In this document: positions 19,337-29,299 of the stretch, piece by piece
Position numbering within the stretch: the stretch's first letter is position 1
Layout of the letters: each line of letters starts with the position of its first letter
Origin: Methyloceanibacter sp.
GTDB lineage: Bacteria > Pseudomonadota > Alphaproteobacteria > Rhizobiales > Methyloligellaceae
Direction of reading: 5' to 3'
DNA: 53,698 nucleotides
Assembly (NCBI GenBank): GCA_049678565.1
Contig: JBAUEK010000047.1
Span: 1-53,698, forward strand
Program-made: the position numbers and the translations under genes
The notes under the pieces: model-generated
What the model saw: the letters and a program-made list of their open reading frames with translations, nothing else
The model's database searches: none
What the model was told of the DNA's origin: nothing

Positions 19337-20997
19337 AGGGTCAAACGGGCGGCCCGCCTCGCGGGGGCGGCCCGCCGCGGGGCCCTGGCGCGCGTGGCCA
19401 CGGCCTCGGCGGCGATGGCCTCGGCCTCGACCAGCGTCAGGAAGCTCCGCTGGGCTAGCTTCGGATCCGGTTCAGGGTAGTCGCTGCGAAAATGCGCACC
19501 GCGGCTTTCCGTCCGCGCCAGCGCCGCGGCGGCGATCAGCTTGGCCGAGATGAGCATGTTGGCGAGGTGCCGGTCGGGCTCGGCACTGCGCTCGAGCTTG
19601 GCGATCACGCGCAGCGCGGCCCGAAGCGAGGCGCCGTCGCGAATGACGCCGACCTTGCTGGTCATGGCCTGGCGGAGGGTGCTCACCGCGATAGAATCGG
19701 GCTCCGGCTGCCACGGCGCCAAAGGCGGGACTTGAGGCTCCGGCGCATGAAGCCGTTCGGCGCGCCCGCTATCGGCGATGTCGCGCGCGGCGCGGGCGCC
19801 GAACACCACCGCCTCCAGCAGTGAGTTGGAGGCAAGACGGTTCGCCCCATGCGCGCCGGTGGAGGCAACCTCGCCGCAAGCCCAAAGCCCCTCGACACTG
19901 GTCCGGCCATTCGCGTCCGTGAGCACGCCGCCCATGTGGTAGTGCGCCGCGGGCGCGATGGGGATCGGCTCTCGTCTCGGGTCGATCCCGGCCGCCTGGC
20001 AGGCGGCAAATGCCGTGGGGAACTCAGTAGCGAGCTTGGCGCCAAGACTCCGGCAATCGAGAAAGGCGCCGCGGCCGCTCATCAATTCGCCATAGACCCC
20101 CCGCGCGACGATATCCCGGGGCCCGAGCTCCGCGTCGGGATGGAGCGCCCGCATGAAGCGCTCGCCATGACCGTTGATCAGCAGCGCCCCCTCACCCCTC
20201 AGCGCCTCGGTGGCGAGCGGAGCGGGATCGCGGCCGATGTCGATCGCGGTCGGGTGAAACTGCACGAATTCGGCGTCGGCGATGACAGCGCCAGAACGGG
20301 CGGCAATGGCGATACCGTCGCCGCGCGATTCACGCGGATTGGTGGTGATGGCGAAGAGCTGGCCCGCGCCGCCGGTGGCCAGCATGACGGCCGAGGCCTC
20401 GAGCACCAAATTCGGCTCGGCTGGACCCGCGTCCGCCCGGGCGAGAGCGATGCCGGCGACGCGACCCTCCCGCATGATGAGATCGTGAGCGCCAAAGCCC
20501 TCCAGCACATGGATCGACGGCGTGGCGTGGGCGGCCGCGGTCAAAGCCGCCATGATGGCGCGGCCGGCGGTGTCGCCCTTGACGTGGAGAATGCGGCGGG
20601 CGCCGTGAGCGGCCTCGCGGGCAAAGTCGAGATGACCTTCGAGATCCTTGTCGAAAGGCACCCCATAGCGCAGCAGATCCTCGATGCGATTGCGGGCTTC
20701 GCTGGCAAGCAGCAGGGCGATCTTCTCGTCGACGATGCCGTCACCGGCGCCGATCGTGTCGGCGGCGTGAGCCTCGGGGCTGTCGCCTTCGGCCAGCGCC
20801 GCGGCAATGCCGGCCTGGGCCCAGATGCTCGATCCGCCTTGGCCGAGGGGACTAACCGAAATCGCGGTCACCGGCAATGGCGCCAGCTTCAGTGCGGTGA
20901 ACAGTCCGGCGAGCCCGGCGCCGACGATAACCACGCCGCCGCCCCCTCGCGCCCGGCGCGGGGGCCTCACCGCGGCGAGGCTTTTGATCTTGGTCAT
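19333..20997 (-). CDS. nadB: L-aspartate oxidase
   Basis: GAGLAG, AQAGIA, QFHPT, HYHMGG, HGANRLASNSLLE and ESRGAHFR motifs. Confidence 0.96.
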   Translation of the reverse strand: MTKIKSLAAVRPPRRARGGGGVVIVGAGLAGLFTALKLAPLPVTAISVSPLGQGGSSIWAQAGIAAALAEGDSPEAHAADTIGAGDGIVDEKIALLLASEARNRIEDLLRYGVPFDKDLEGHLDFAREAAHGARRILHVKGDTAGRAIMAALTAAAHATPSIHVLEGFGAHDLIMREGRVAGIALARADAGPAEPNLVLEASAVMLATGGAGQLFAITTNPRESRGDGIAIAARSGAVIADAEFVQFHPTAIDIGRDPAPLATEALRGEGALLINGHGERFMRALHPDAELGPRDIVARGVYGELMSGRGAFLDCRSLGAKLATEFPTAFAACQAAGIDPRREPIPIAPAAHYHMGGVLTDANGRTSVEGLWACGEVASTGAHGANRLASNSLLEAVVFGARAARDIADSGRAERLHAPEPQVPPLAPWQPEPDSIAVSTLRQAMTSKVGVIRDGASLRAALRVIAKLERSAEPDRHLANMLISAKLIAAAALARTESRGAHFRSDYPEPDPKLAQRSFLTLVEAEAIAAEAVATRARAPRRAAPARRAARLTL

Positions 20998-21018
20998 GGA
21001 TGCGGCCCGGAGGCCACC

Positions 21019-22089
21019 CTAGTGGCTGAGATTGATCATGCGCTCGACCGCGGCCCTCGCCCGGCCCGCAATTTCGTGCGGCACCGTAACCTCCTCCTTG
21101 AGGAACACGAGAGACTCCAGAATTTTCGCGAGCGTGATCCGCTTCATATGCGGACAGAGATTGCAGGGACGCACGAACTCGACCTTCGGCGCTTCGACGG
21201 CGACGTTGTCGCTCATCGAGCACTCGGTCACGAGCAGGACCTTGCTCGGCTGATGATCATGCACCCATTTGATCATGCCGCTGGTCGAGCCGGTGAAATC
21301 GGCCTCTTCGATCACGTCGGGCGCGCATTCGGGATGGGCGATGATCTTCACGCCCGGTTCGGCCTCGCGATAGGCGCGAAGCTCATCCCCGGTGAAGCGC
21401 TCATGCACCTCGCAATGACCCTTCCAGGTGATGATCTCGACCTTGGTCTGGGTCGCGACCCATTTCGCCAGAAATTCGTCCGGAATCATGATGACGCGCG
21501 GCTGCCCAAGGGATTCGACCACGCGCACGGCGTTGGAGGAGGTGCAGCAGATGTCGGACTCGGCCTTCACCTCGGCCGAGGTGTTGACATAGGTCACCAC
21601 GGGCACGCCGGGATAGGCCTCGCGCAGCGCGCGCACATCGGCGCCGGTGATCGAGGCGGCGAGCGAGCAGCCGGCGCGGCTGTCGGGGATCAACACCATC
21701 TTGTCGGGATTGAGCAGTTTGGCGGTCTCGGCCATGAAATGCACGCCGCCCTGGACGATAATGTCGGCATCGCTCTTGGCCGCCTCGCGGGCGAGTTGGA
21801 GCGAATCGCCGACCACATCGGCGACGCAATGGAAGATCTCCGGCGTCATGTAATTGTGAGCGAGCACGACCGCATTGCGGGAGCGCTTCAGATCGTTGAT
21901 GGCCTTGATATAGGGAGCGAAGCCCACCCATTCGATGGGCGGAATCACGCGCGCCACGCGCTCGTAAAGATGCGCGGTCTCGCGCGCCACCTCCGGCGAA
22001 TAGGCAAGATCGGGCATGCTCGCCGGATGCAACGCTGCTGCCGGCCTAAGCTGCCTGCCACTCGTCGCGACTGAGACTTCAGGCGTCAT
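21019..22089 (-). CDS. nadA: Quinolinate synthase
   Basis: [37 protein letters not shown] and CPHMK motifs. Confidence 0.97.
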   Translation of the reverse strand: MTPEVSVATSGRQLRPAAALHPASMPDLAYSPEVARETAHLYERVARVIPPIEWVGFAPYIKAINDLKRSRNAVVLAHNYMTPEIFHCVADVVGDSLQLAREAAKSDADIIVQGGVHFMAETAKLLNPDKMVLIPDSRAGCSLAASITGADVRALREAYPGVPVVTYVNTSAEVKAESDICCTSSNAVRVVESLGQPRVIMIPDEFLAKWVATQTKVEIITWKGHCEVHERFTGDELRAYREAEPGVKIIAHPECAPDVIEEADFTGSTSGMIKWVHDHQPSKVLLVTECSMSDNVAVEAPKVEFVRPCNLCPHMKRITLAKILESLVFLKEEVTVPHEIAGRARAAVERMINLSH

Positions 22090-22116
22090 CACTCTGCTCC
22101 ACTCATTCGACCTATA

Positions 22117-22133
22117 ATGCTCATACTGAGTAT
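22117..22133. promoter_or_regulatory. NadQ operator 1 (ATGCTC-N5-GAGTAT)
   Basis: Matches the NadQ palindrome ATRCTC-N5-GAGYAT. It lies between the nadA -10 box and the RBS, and nadQ is in the window. Confidence 0.85.
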
Positions 22134-22162
22134 ATATAGGTCGTTAAAACATCCGGCACAAG
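22134..22162 (-). promoter_or_regulatory. Putative sigma70 promoter of nadABC
   Basis: Minus strand CTTGTG-N17-CTATAT, abutting operator 1. Confidence 0.6.
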
Positions 22163-22183
22163 GCCGGCATTCCTGCCCCAGCT

Positions 22184-22200
22184 ATTCTCAATCGGAGTAT
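22184..22200. promoter_or_regulatory. NadQ operator 2 (ATTCTC-N5-GAGTAT)
   Basis: Second copy with one mismatch, 67 bp from the first. Confidence 0.7.
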
Positions 22201-22286
22201 AGGGTATCCCAGGCGCGGTTCAAAGACCCAGTGGCGAGATCGTGAAGGCCCCTGAGAGCGCGCTATCGGCCCGGATCGGCGCCTAA

Positions 22287-22493
22287 TCACTCCCCGAGCA
22301 TGGCCAGGGCCGCTTTCCTCTCGCCCGTCTTGAGCTTGAGGAACAGCGCGCGGGCAGCCTTGATGTCCTTGGCCGAGCCGCTCTCCGCCGCGGTCTTGAG
22401 TGCCGCCGTGGTCGGGTGGTCGGCGCCGCAGATGAAGGTCAAGGCTTTGGCCAAGCGCCCCATGGCGTCACGGTCGATCGTCGTCTCGTCCAT
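22287..22493 (-). CDS. Small hypothetical protein (68 aa)
   Basis: High-GC3 codon usage, helical Ala/Lys-rich sequence, AGAGG RBS-like site. Confidence 0.75.
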   Translation of the reverse strand: MDETTIDRDAMGRLAKALTFICGADHPTTAALKTAAESGSAKDIKAARALFLKLKTGERKAALAMLGE

Positions 22494-22535
22494 TGGAGAT
22501 AGCCTCTAACTGCCGGTGGTTGGGATCGCAGACAA

Positions 22536-23882
22536 TCACGGCGCGGGGGCGGACGCCACCTTTGGCCGTACCAAGGCGTAAACGCCGAAGCAACCGAGCA
22601 ACAGCACCCCGGCGATGGCAGGCGCGCCCCAATCTCCGGTGGTCACGCGCACGGCCACGAGCCCGAGGCAGACGACCGCGCCCAAGGCCGGGACGAAGAG
22701 CGGGATCTCGAAATAGCCGTGGGCCTCGCCCTTGCGGCGCTTCAGCACGAAGAGCGCGCCATTCATGCAGGCGAAGACGATGAGGAGCAGGATCACCGTC
22801 GCCGCCGCGAGCTCGCCGATGGTGCCCATCAGAGCGAGCGGGGTCGCGATGAGGAGAAGGGCGATGATGGCGATGTGGGGGGTCCGCCGTCCGGCATGGA
22901 CGTGGCCGAACCACGCCGGCAGCAAGCCTTGCCGCGCCATGCCATAGAGCAGGCGCGAGGCCGTGACGTAATTGACCAGCGCCGTGTTGGCGACGGCGAA
23001 CAGGGTGATGCCGGTGAACACGACCGGGGGAAGCGCCGGCGCCGCGCGCCGCATCACCTCGGTGATCGGGCCTGGCGCCTCGGCCAGTTCGGGCCAGGGC
23101 ACGACCGAAACGGCGGTGATGGCCACGGCCATGTAGATCACCGCGGCCATACCCATGGCGAGGATCAGCCCGATGGGAATGGTCCGCTGCGGATCGCGAC
23201 ATTCCTCGGCCACGTTGAGGGTGTCCTCGAAGCCGATAAAGGCGAAAAAGGTGAGGACCGCGCCCTGCGCCAGCAGCAGCATTTCGCCCTCCCCGGTCGG
23301 CGCCTCGCGGATGTCGAAATAGTCGACGCTGCCCCAATAAGAGAGCCCGGCCGCGACCACGATGATGAGTCCGGCGGCCTCGACCAGGGTGCAGACCACA
23401 TTCAACCACATCGATTCCCTGATGCCGCGAAAGGCGATGCCCGCGAGAATGAGGAGAAAACCGAGGGCGAGCAGCCAGAGCGGCATGGCCTCCAGATGAA
23501 ACAGCGAAGCGAGGTTGGCGGCAAAGACGCGGGACTGGGTGGCGACCGAGGTCAGCCCGGAGCAGACGAGGGCGAGGCCGATGCTGAAGCTCAGGATCGG
23601 GAGGCCAAAGGCGCGCTGGGTCACATAGGCGGCACCGGCGGCGCGCGGGTAGCGCGAGCCGAGCGAGGCATAAGAGAGCGCCGTGAGCAGGGCCGCGACC
23701 AGGGCGATAGCGAAGGCGAGCCAGACGGCATTGCCGACCTGCCCCGCGGCCTGGCCGATAAGGCCATAGATGCCCGCGCCCAGCATGCTGCCGAGCGCGT
23801 AAAGCGCAAGTTGCACCGGCCCGATCGAGCGCCGCAGCGTCGGCTGGGCCGAGTCGGCCTTGGTCAATGCTGCATCGGTCAT
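22536..23882 (-). CDS. APC family amino acid permease
   Basis: GSMLGAGIY in TM1, FFAFIGFE in TM6, about 12 hydrophobic segments. Confidence 0.92.
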   Translation of the reverse strand: MTDAALTKADSAQPTLRRSIGPVQLALYALGSMLGAGIYGLIGQAAGQVGNAVWLAFAIALVAALLTALSYASLGSRYPRAAGAAYVTQRAFGLPILSFSIGLALVCSGLTSVATQSRVFAANLASLFHLEAMPLWLLALGFLLILAGIAFRGIRESMWLNVVCTLVEAAGLIIVVAAGLSYWGSVDYFDIREAPTGEGEMLLLAQGAVLTFFAFIGFEDTLNVAEECRDPQRTIPIGLILAMGMAAVIYMAVAITAVSVVPWPELAEAPGPITEVMRRAAPALPPVVFTGITLFAVANTALVNYVTASRLLYGMARQGLLPAWFGHVHAGRRTPHIAIIALLLIATPLALMGTIGELAAATVILLLIVFACMNGALFVLKRRKGEAHGYFEIPLFVPALGAVVCLGLVAVRVTTGDWGAPAIAGVLLLGCFGVYALVRPKVASAPAP

Positions 23883-23912
23883 CCCGCTATCGACCTTCCG
23901 TAGATTGGTGGG

Positions 23913-24674
23913 CTAGCTCTTGAGGCGGTAGCCCGTCTTGAAGATCCACCACACCGCGACGAGGCAGATCAAAAGGAACAGAAGCGTCATGGCCAGGCTG
24001 AGGCCGACGCCCACATCAGCCTTGCCGAAAAAGCTCCAGCGGAAGCCGCTGATCAGATAGACGACCGGATTGAGCAGCGTGACTTTCTGCCAGAAGGGCG
24101 GCAACACATTGATCGAATAAAAGCTGCCGCCAAGAAAGGTCAGTGGCGTGATCACGAGCAGGGGCACGATTTGAAGCTTTTCGAAGCCGTCGGCCCAGAT
24201 GCCCAAGATGAAGCCGAACAGGCTGAACGCCACCGCGGTCAAAACGAGGAAGCCGAGCATCCAAAGCGGATGCTCGATGTGGATCGGCACGAAGAACCAG
24301 GACGTGGCCAGAATGATAAGGCCGAGGATGATCGACTTCGTCGCCGCCGCACCGACATAGCCGATGACGATTTCGAGATAGGAGATCGGCGCCGACAGCA
24401 GCTCGTAGATGGTGCCGGCGAATCTGGGGAAATAAATGCCGAAAGACGCATTGGCGACGCTCTGGGTGAGGAGCATCAGCATGATCAGTCCTGGCACGAT
24501 GAAGGCGCCGTAGCTCACGCCTTCGATCTCGGCGATGCGCGAGCCGATGGCGGCGCCAAAGACGACGAAATAGAGCGAGGTGGACACGACCGGAGCGACG
24601 AGGCTCTGCATCAACGTGCGCCGCCAGCGGGCCATCTCGAATTGGTAAATTGCGCGGACTGCCGGCAGGTTCAT
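23913..24674 (-). CDS. ABC-2 type transporter permease (YadH-like)
   Basis: [20 protein letters not shown] and [11 protein letters not shown] motifs. 4-nt overlap with the ATPase gene. Confidence 0.92.
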   Translation of the reverse strand: MNLPAVRAIYQFEMARWRRTLMQSLVAPVVSTSLYFVVFGAAIGSRIAEIEGVSYGAFIVPGLIMLMLLTQSVANASFGIYFPRFAGTIYELLSAPISYLEIVIGYVGAAATKSIILGLIILATSWFFVPIHIEHPLWMLGFLVLTAVAFSLFGFILGIWADGFEKLQIVPLLVITPLTFLGGSFYSINVLPPFWQKVTLLNPVVYLISGFRWSFFGKADVGVGLSLAMTLLFLLICLVAVWWIFKTGYRLKS

Positions 24675-25597
24675 TTTCGCTGCCTCACCAGGTCGACGAA
24701 GATGTCTTCGAGCGAGTTCTGCGTGGTGTGGAGGTCCTTGAACCTGACCCCGGCCTCGCTCAAATCCTGCAACAGCCCGGTAATGCCGGTGCGCTCGCCC
24801 TGCGTATCGTAGGTGTAGACGAGCTCGTGGCCGTCGGAGATGAGCGCCAAATCATGCTTGGCCAGCTCGGGCGGCAGCGCCTCCAGCGGCTGGGGAAGCT
24901 GCAGCGTCAATTGCTTCTGGCCGAGCTTGTGCATCAGCTCGGCCTTGTTCTCGATCAGAATGATCTCGCCCTTGGAGATCACGCCGATGCGGTCGGCCAT
25001 GTCTTCGGCTTCTTCGATGTAATGCGTGGTGAGGATGATGGTCACCCCGGAATCGCGCAAAGCCCGCACCACATTCCACATCTCCTGGCGGAGCTCGACG
25101 TCGACACCCGCGGTCGGCTCGTCCAGGAACAGGATCTCGGGCTCGTGCGACAAAGCCTTGGCGATCAGGACGCGCCGCTTCATGCCGCCGGAAAGCGTCA
25201 TGATCCTGCTGTCGCGCCGGTCCCACAAGGACAGCTCCTTCAGCACCTTTTCGATATGGGCCGGATCCTCCCGCTTGCCGAACAAACCGCGGCTGAACGA
25301 CACGGTGTCCCACACGGTCTCGAAGGCGTCGGTGGTCAGCTCCTGCGGCACGAGCCCGATCATCGATCGCGTGGCGCGGTAGTCGGTGATGATGTCGTGG
25401 CCGCCGACAAGCACGGTGCCGGCCGATGGATTGACGATGCCGCAGATGATGCTGATCAGCGTCGTCTTGCCGGCGCCGTTCGGGCCCAGCAAGGCGAAGA
25501 TCTCACCCTTCTTGATCTCCAGATTGATGTTCTTCAGCGCCTCGAAGCCGGCGGCATAGGTCTTGGACAGGTTCGAGACGGAAATAATCGGCTGCAT
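24671..25597 (-). CDS. ABC transporter ATP-binding protein (YadG-like)
   Basis: Walker A GPNGAGKT, signature LSGGMKRR, Walker B LFLDEPT. Confidence 0.95.
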   Translation of the reverse strand: MQPIISVSNLSKTYAAGFEALKNINLEIKKGEIFALLGPNGAGKTTLISIICGIVNPSAGTVLVGGHDIITDYRATRSMIGLVPQELTTDAFETVWDTVSFSRGLFGKREDPAHIEKVLKELSLWDRRDSRIMTLSGGMKRRVLIAKALSHEPEILFLDEPTAGVDVELRQEMWNVVRALRDSGVTIILTTHYIEEAEDMADRIGVISKGEIILIENKAELMHKLGQKQLTLQLPQPLEALPPELAKHDLALISDGHELVYTYDTQGERTGITGLLQDLSEAGVRFKDLHTTQNSLEDIFVDLVRQRK

Positions 25598-25700
25598 GAT
25601 CGTCGCTCACGTCTCGCTCGGGCGCAGAGTCTCGTTGGGATGTCGTCTGATCGGTGGAGGGAGGGGCCAGTCGACCGCAATTGACCAAGTTGCGCAAGGT

Positions 25701-26456
25701 TTAAGCGGGAATCCAGTCGGCAATGCGGCGGGCGATTGTCTCGGCCCCGGGCTCGATGGGGAGCATATGGCCATGCTCCGGCTCCTGCCAAAATGTCGCG
25801 CCCGGATAGGACGCGGCCGTGGCGCGCGCGGTTGCGAGCGACACGAGCTTGTCGTCGGCGCCGGAGAGGCAGAGCACCGGGCAGCGAACCGCCTTGGTTT
25901 CGACCGCGGTTGCGCGCGAGCGGTCGAACATCCAGAAGAACAGCTCGAAATAGGCTTGCCCCGATTCCGGTCCGAACTGGTCGAAGACGCGTCTCTGCTG
26001 CGCTTTCGGCACCCGATTGAGCGAATAGAAGCAGGCCAATTTGAAATCTGGATGAATGACGGTGTTCCAGAAGGGCCCGATCGTCATCAAATCGATGTCG
26101 AGCTGCCTCTCGCTGTCGGTTGCCGGCAGAATGCCGGAACGCGGCGCCGGGCTGACCAGAACCAGCGCGCGGGCCATTCCCGCCGCAGCCAATTGCTGGG
26201 CGAGCACCGCTCCCATGGAATGGCCGAGCAGAACCGGCGGCGTGGAAAATCGGTCCAGAAATTTGACCAGCTCGGCGCGATAGTCGGCCATGCCCACGCC
26301 AACGAGCTTGGTATCGGCTGAAACCTTGTCCTGACCATGCCCGATTAGGTCTGGAGCATGGCAGGTCCAGCCCCGGCCTTCGAACACCCCGCGAAATTCA
26401 TCGAAGCACCAGCCGCCAGCCGAAGCGCCATGCAGCATCACGATGTCCTTGGTCAT
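25701..26456 (-). CDS. Alpha/beta fold hydrolase
   Basis: LHG, DLIGHG, GHSMG nucleophile elbow, Asp (GADD) and His (HGHM). Confidence 0.9.
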   Translation of the reverse strand: MTKDIVMLHGASAGGWCFDEFRGVFEGRGWTCHAPDLIGHGQDKVSADTKLVGVGMADYRAELVKFLDRFSTPPVLLGHSMGAVLAQQLAAAGMARALVLVSPAPRSGILPATDSERQLDIDLMTIGPFWNTVIHPDFKLACFYSLNRVPKAQQRRVFDQFGPESGQAYFELFFWMFDRSRATAVETKAVRCPVLCLSGADDKLVSLATARATAASYPGATFWQEPEHGHMLPIEPGAETIARRIADWIPA

Positions 26457-26475
26457 GTCCCCTCTCTTGCAGGCC

Positions 26476-27414
26476 TTATGGCCCTTCCCTCAGCCTATCG
26501 CGCATCAGGGCCGCGAGCCCGGCGCCGGTGCTGGTCACGGGAACCCAGCCGACGCGCGCGAGCGCCGAGCTATCGGCGACCAGGGGGCGCGAGAACAGCC
26601 GATAGGCGTCGGCCTCTCCTATGGCCTGAAGTGCTGCTTGCAAGACCGGGCCCGGCACCGGGAAGAGTGCCGCTCGCCGCCCGAGACCGCGCCGTATGGC
26701 CATGACCATTTCGCCCACGGTCAGCTTCTCGCGATCGGCGACGATGAAAGGACGCTTGAGCCCGGCCGGCGCCGCCAGAACCTTGGCCACGGCCTCCACC
26801 AGATTGTCGAGCGACAGCAGCGAGCGGCGAGCTTTGAGCGCGGCCAGAGGCAGCGGATAGGGTGAGCGCGCAAGCTCGAGCAGCCGCGCCATGTTGCCCT
26901 GCACACCTTTGCCATAGACGAGCACGAGCCTGAGCGCGACCCAGTCGAGATTGGTCAGGGCCAGCCCCTGCTCCGCCGCGAGCTTGGAGCGGCCATAGGC
27001 GTCGGTGGGTTTCGGCTCGAATGCCTCCGTCAACACGCGCTCGGAGGTCCCTCCAGCTTGTGCCCGGATCGAGGACAGAAACACGAAGCGCTTGACGCCG
27101 GCCCGTTCCGCCGCGCGCGCAAGCTTGATCGTAGCCTCGGTGTTGAGCAGCCGATAATCGTCCTCGGGCACGCCGGACATGGTCTGCGCGATGCCGGCGG
27201 AGTGGATCACGGCGTCGACCCCGGCGAACGCCTCCGACATGTTGTAGGGCGTGGCGAGATCGCCGATCAGCGCACTGGCGCAATCGAGGGGAACGCCGCT
27301 CGGCCGGCGCAGGAGCACGCGCATGCGGTAGCCGCGGCGTGGCAGCTCCCGCAAGAGATGCTGGCCGATGAAGCCGGTGGCCCCGGTCAGCGCGACGAGG
27401 GGCTTATGGGACAT
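26476..27414 (-). CDS. NAD-dependent epimerase/dehydratase (extended SDR)
   Basis: TGATGFIG, FVFLSS and YGRSK motifs. Start placed at MSHKPLV. Confidence 0.9.
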   Translation of the reverse strand: MSHKPLVALTGATGFIGQHLLRELPRRGYRMRVLLRRPSGVPLDCASALIGDLATPYNMSEAFAGVDAVIHSAGIAQTMSGVPEDDYRLLNTEATIKLARAAERAGVKRFVFLSSIRAQAGGTSERVLTEAFEPKPTDAYGRSKLAAEQGLALTNLDWVALRLVLVYGKGVQGNMARLLELARSPYPLPLAALKARRSLLSLDNLVEAVAKVLAAPAGLKRPFIVADREKLTVGEMVMAIRRGLGRRAALFPVPGPVLQAALQAIGEADAYRLFSRPLVADSSALARVGWVPVTSTGAGLAALMRDRLREGP

Positions 27415-27520
27415 AGCGGGAGCCGTCGCCGCCACTCCTCTGTTCTGCCGCGAAACGCTCGCTGCGCGCCTTGCCCGGCCCGGGTTCGGGCCAAACGCGG
27501 CTGATCTTAGAACTGGAGCG

Positions 27521-28696
27521 TCATTTGGGCGAATTTTCGAGTGACAGACGCAGGATCTTGTCATCACCGTCGTCGGTCACGGCATAGAGCGAGCCGTCGG
27601 GCGCCACCGCCACGTCGCGGATGCGGGCGTTCATGGGAATCCGCTCCTCGTCGACGACCTTCTCGCCATCGAGGGTGAGGCGAATAATTGCCTCCGACGA
27701 CAACCCGCCGATCAGAAGATTGTCCTTCCAACCCGGGATCGCCTCGCCGGTATAGAAGGTCATGCCGGAGGGCGAGATGACCGGCGTCCAATGATGGATC
27801 GCGTCGGCGAATTCGGGGTGGGTCGGCGGGTTCGCGATCTCGCGACCGTCATAGTGCTTACCCCAGCTCACCACCGGCCAACCGTAATTCGCGCCGGCTT
27901 GCGGAATGTTGAGCTCGTCGCCGCCAAGCGGGCCGAATTCATTCTCCCACAGCTTGCCGGTCTTGGGGTGGATCGCGGCGCCTTGCGCGTTGCGGTGACC
28001 ATAGGACCAGATTTCGGGCCGCGCGTCGTCGCGGCCGACAAAGGGATTGTCCTTCGGCACCGAACCGTCGGGATTGATGCGCACGATCTTGCCGAGATGG
28101 TTGGAAAGATCCTGGGCCGGGGTGAATTTGAAGCGCTCGCCAAGGGTGATGAACAACTTGCCGTCGGGACTGAAGGCGAGACGCGAGCCGAAATGGAGGC
28201 CGCCGTCGACCTGGGGCTGCTGCCTGAAGATGACCTCGACATGCTCGAGGCCGGTCTCGGCGAATTTGCCTCGCGCCACCGCGGTCGAGGCACCGCCTTC
28301 GCCCGCTTCCGCATAGGTGAGATAAACGAGGCGGTTCTGGTCGAAGTCGGGGTCGAGGGCCACGTCGAGTAATCCCCCCTGCCCTTGGGCGAAAACCTCG
28401 GGCACGCCTGTCAGCGGCTTCGACAGCTTGCCGTCGGCAAGGAGGCGCAACCGCCCGGGCCGTTCCGTCACCAGCAAGCGGCCATCGGGCAGAAACGCCA
28501 ACGCCCAGGGATGCTTGAGGCCATCGGCGACCGTCTCGACTTTGAGCCGTCCGGCCTCGGTGTCGATGACGCGGTCCTCGGCCAAGCTTGGCTGCGTAAG
28601 AAGTATCATCGTCCCCATAGCGGTTGCGAGCAGGCAGCAAAGCCACCGCTGTGGCGATCGGCGGCTGCCAGGCAGTTTCGTGTCATAGCGGAGCAT
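27521..28696 (-). CDS. PQQ-dependent sugar dehydrogenase (GSDH/YliI family), exported
   Basis: HPWALAFLPDG, GQGGLLDV, HFGSR, WSYGHRNAQG and GGDELN motifs. Signal-like N-terminus. Confidence 0.93.
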   Translation of the reverse strand: MLRYDTKLPGSRRSPQRWLCCLLATAMGTMILLTQPSLAEDRVIDTEAGRLKVETVADGLKHPWALAFLPDGRLLVTERPGRLRLLADGKLSKPLTGVPEVFAQGQGGLLDVALDPDFDQNRLVYLTYAEAGEGGASTAVARGKFAETGLEHVEVIFRQQPQVDGGLHFGSRLAFSPDGKLFITLGERFKFTPAQDLSNHLGKIVRINPDGSVPKDNPFVGRDDARPEIWSYGHRNAQGAAIHPKTGKLWENEFGPLGGDELNIPQAGANYGWPVVSWGKHYDGREIANPPTHPEFADAIHHWTPVISPSGMTFYTGEAIPGWKDNLLIGGLSSEAIIRLTLDGEKVVDEERIPMNARIRDVAVAPDGSLYAVTDDGDDKILRLSLENSPK

Positions 28697-28726
28697 CGAT
28701 CCTCAAACGGTTGAGCGTCTCGTTAG

Positions 28727-28751
28727 AACGCAGCTTGTGGCCGAAAGTTCG
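28727..28751 (-). promoter_or_regulatory. Putative EcfG/sigmaT (general stress response) promoter
   Basis: Minus strand CGAAC-N16-CGTT versus the consensus GGAAC-N16/17-CGTT, about 30 nt upstream of the GSDH start. Confidence 0.4.
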
Positions 28752-28946
28752 GCACGATTGGGGCTCCCGGCGCGGCGGATTGAATAGGCTCGACCTGGAG
28801 GGAGAAAGAGCGCACGGTTCGATCATGCGTGGGTGACCCTCCGGTGAGTATGGCCGTCCTTCTCGACGGCGTTCCCTGTGACGCGGAGCTCACGCACAAC
28901 CGGCTTCGGCGCATCGGGTCATGCCGCGGCAACAACCCAAAGAGAA

Positions 28947-29261
28947 TTAATTGGATTTCTGGGCTTGGGGTTCCAGGGGCGTGGGAATCAGCCAGATCAG
29001 GATGTTCTCGGGCTCTTCGATGCTCGGATCGTTGGTGACCCGATCTCTCGATGTCCGCCAGGCCGTGGATTCGCCCGTGGTCGCTTTGCGGGCCACGATC
29101 TCCGACCGCCCATCCCAAATGGACCTGCCGTCGCTTTGCAGCCTGGATAGGGTGCGCCGCATCAGGCCATGGATATCGAGCCACGCTTGCGCGCAGGATT
29201 CGTCCGCCGAACGGAAGGCAAAGATCGCGCGCCCGTCAATCTCGGCGACGAAGGTCTGCAT
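28947..29261 (-). CDS. Hypothetical protein (104 aa)
   Basis: AGGAGA RBS 5 nt before ATG, co-oriented with the upstream small gene. No recognisable family. Confidence 0.65.
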   Translation of the reverse strand: MQTFVAEIDGRAIFAFRSADESCAQAWLDIHGLMRRTLSRLQSDGRSIWDGRSEIVARKATTGESTAWRTSRDRVTNDPSIEEPENILIWLIPTPLEPQAQKSN

Positions 29262-29299
29262 GCAAATCTCCTGGTGGCGCGATACGGCCGGCGGCTCGC

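Noticed and set aside
19849..22074. 741-aa plus-strand ORF, and similar long antisense ORFs (1515..3092, 14760..16037, 48020..49066 and others)
   Set aside because: These are shadow frames opposite well-supported genes. High GC3 removes stops on the antisense strand, and the translations have no motifs.
28865..28912. AGGGAA and GCCGAAG words (minus strand) suggesting cobalamin or glycine riboswitches
   Set aside because: The other conserved elements (B12 box, GCCCCCGC.ACTGT; GGAGA...CTCTCAGG) are absent. Kept only as an unclassified structured candidate.
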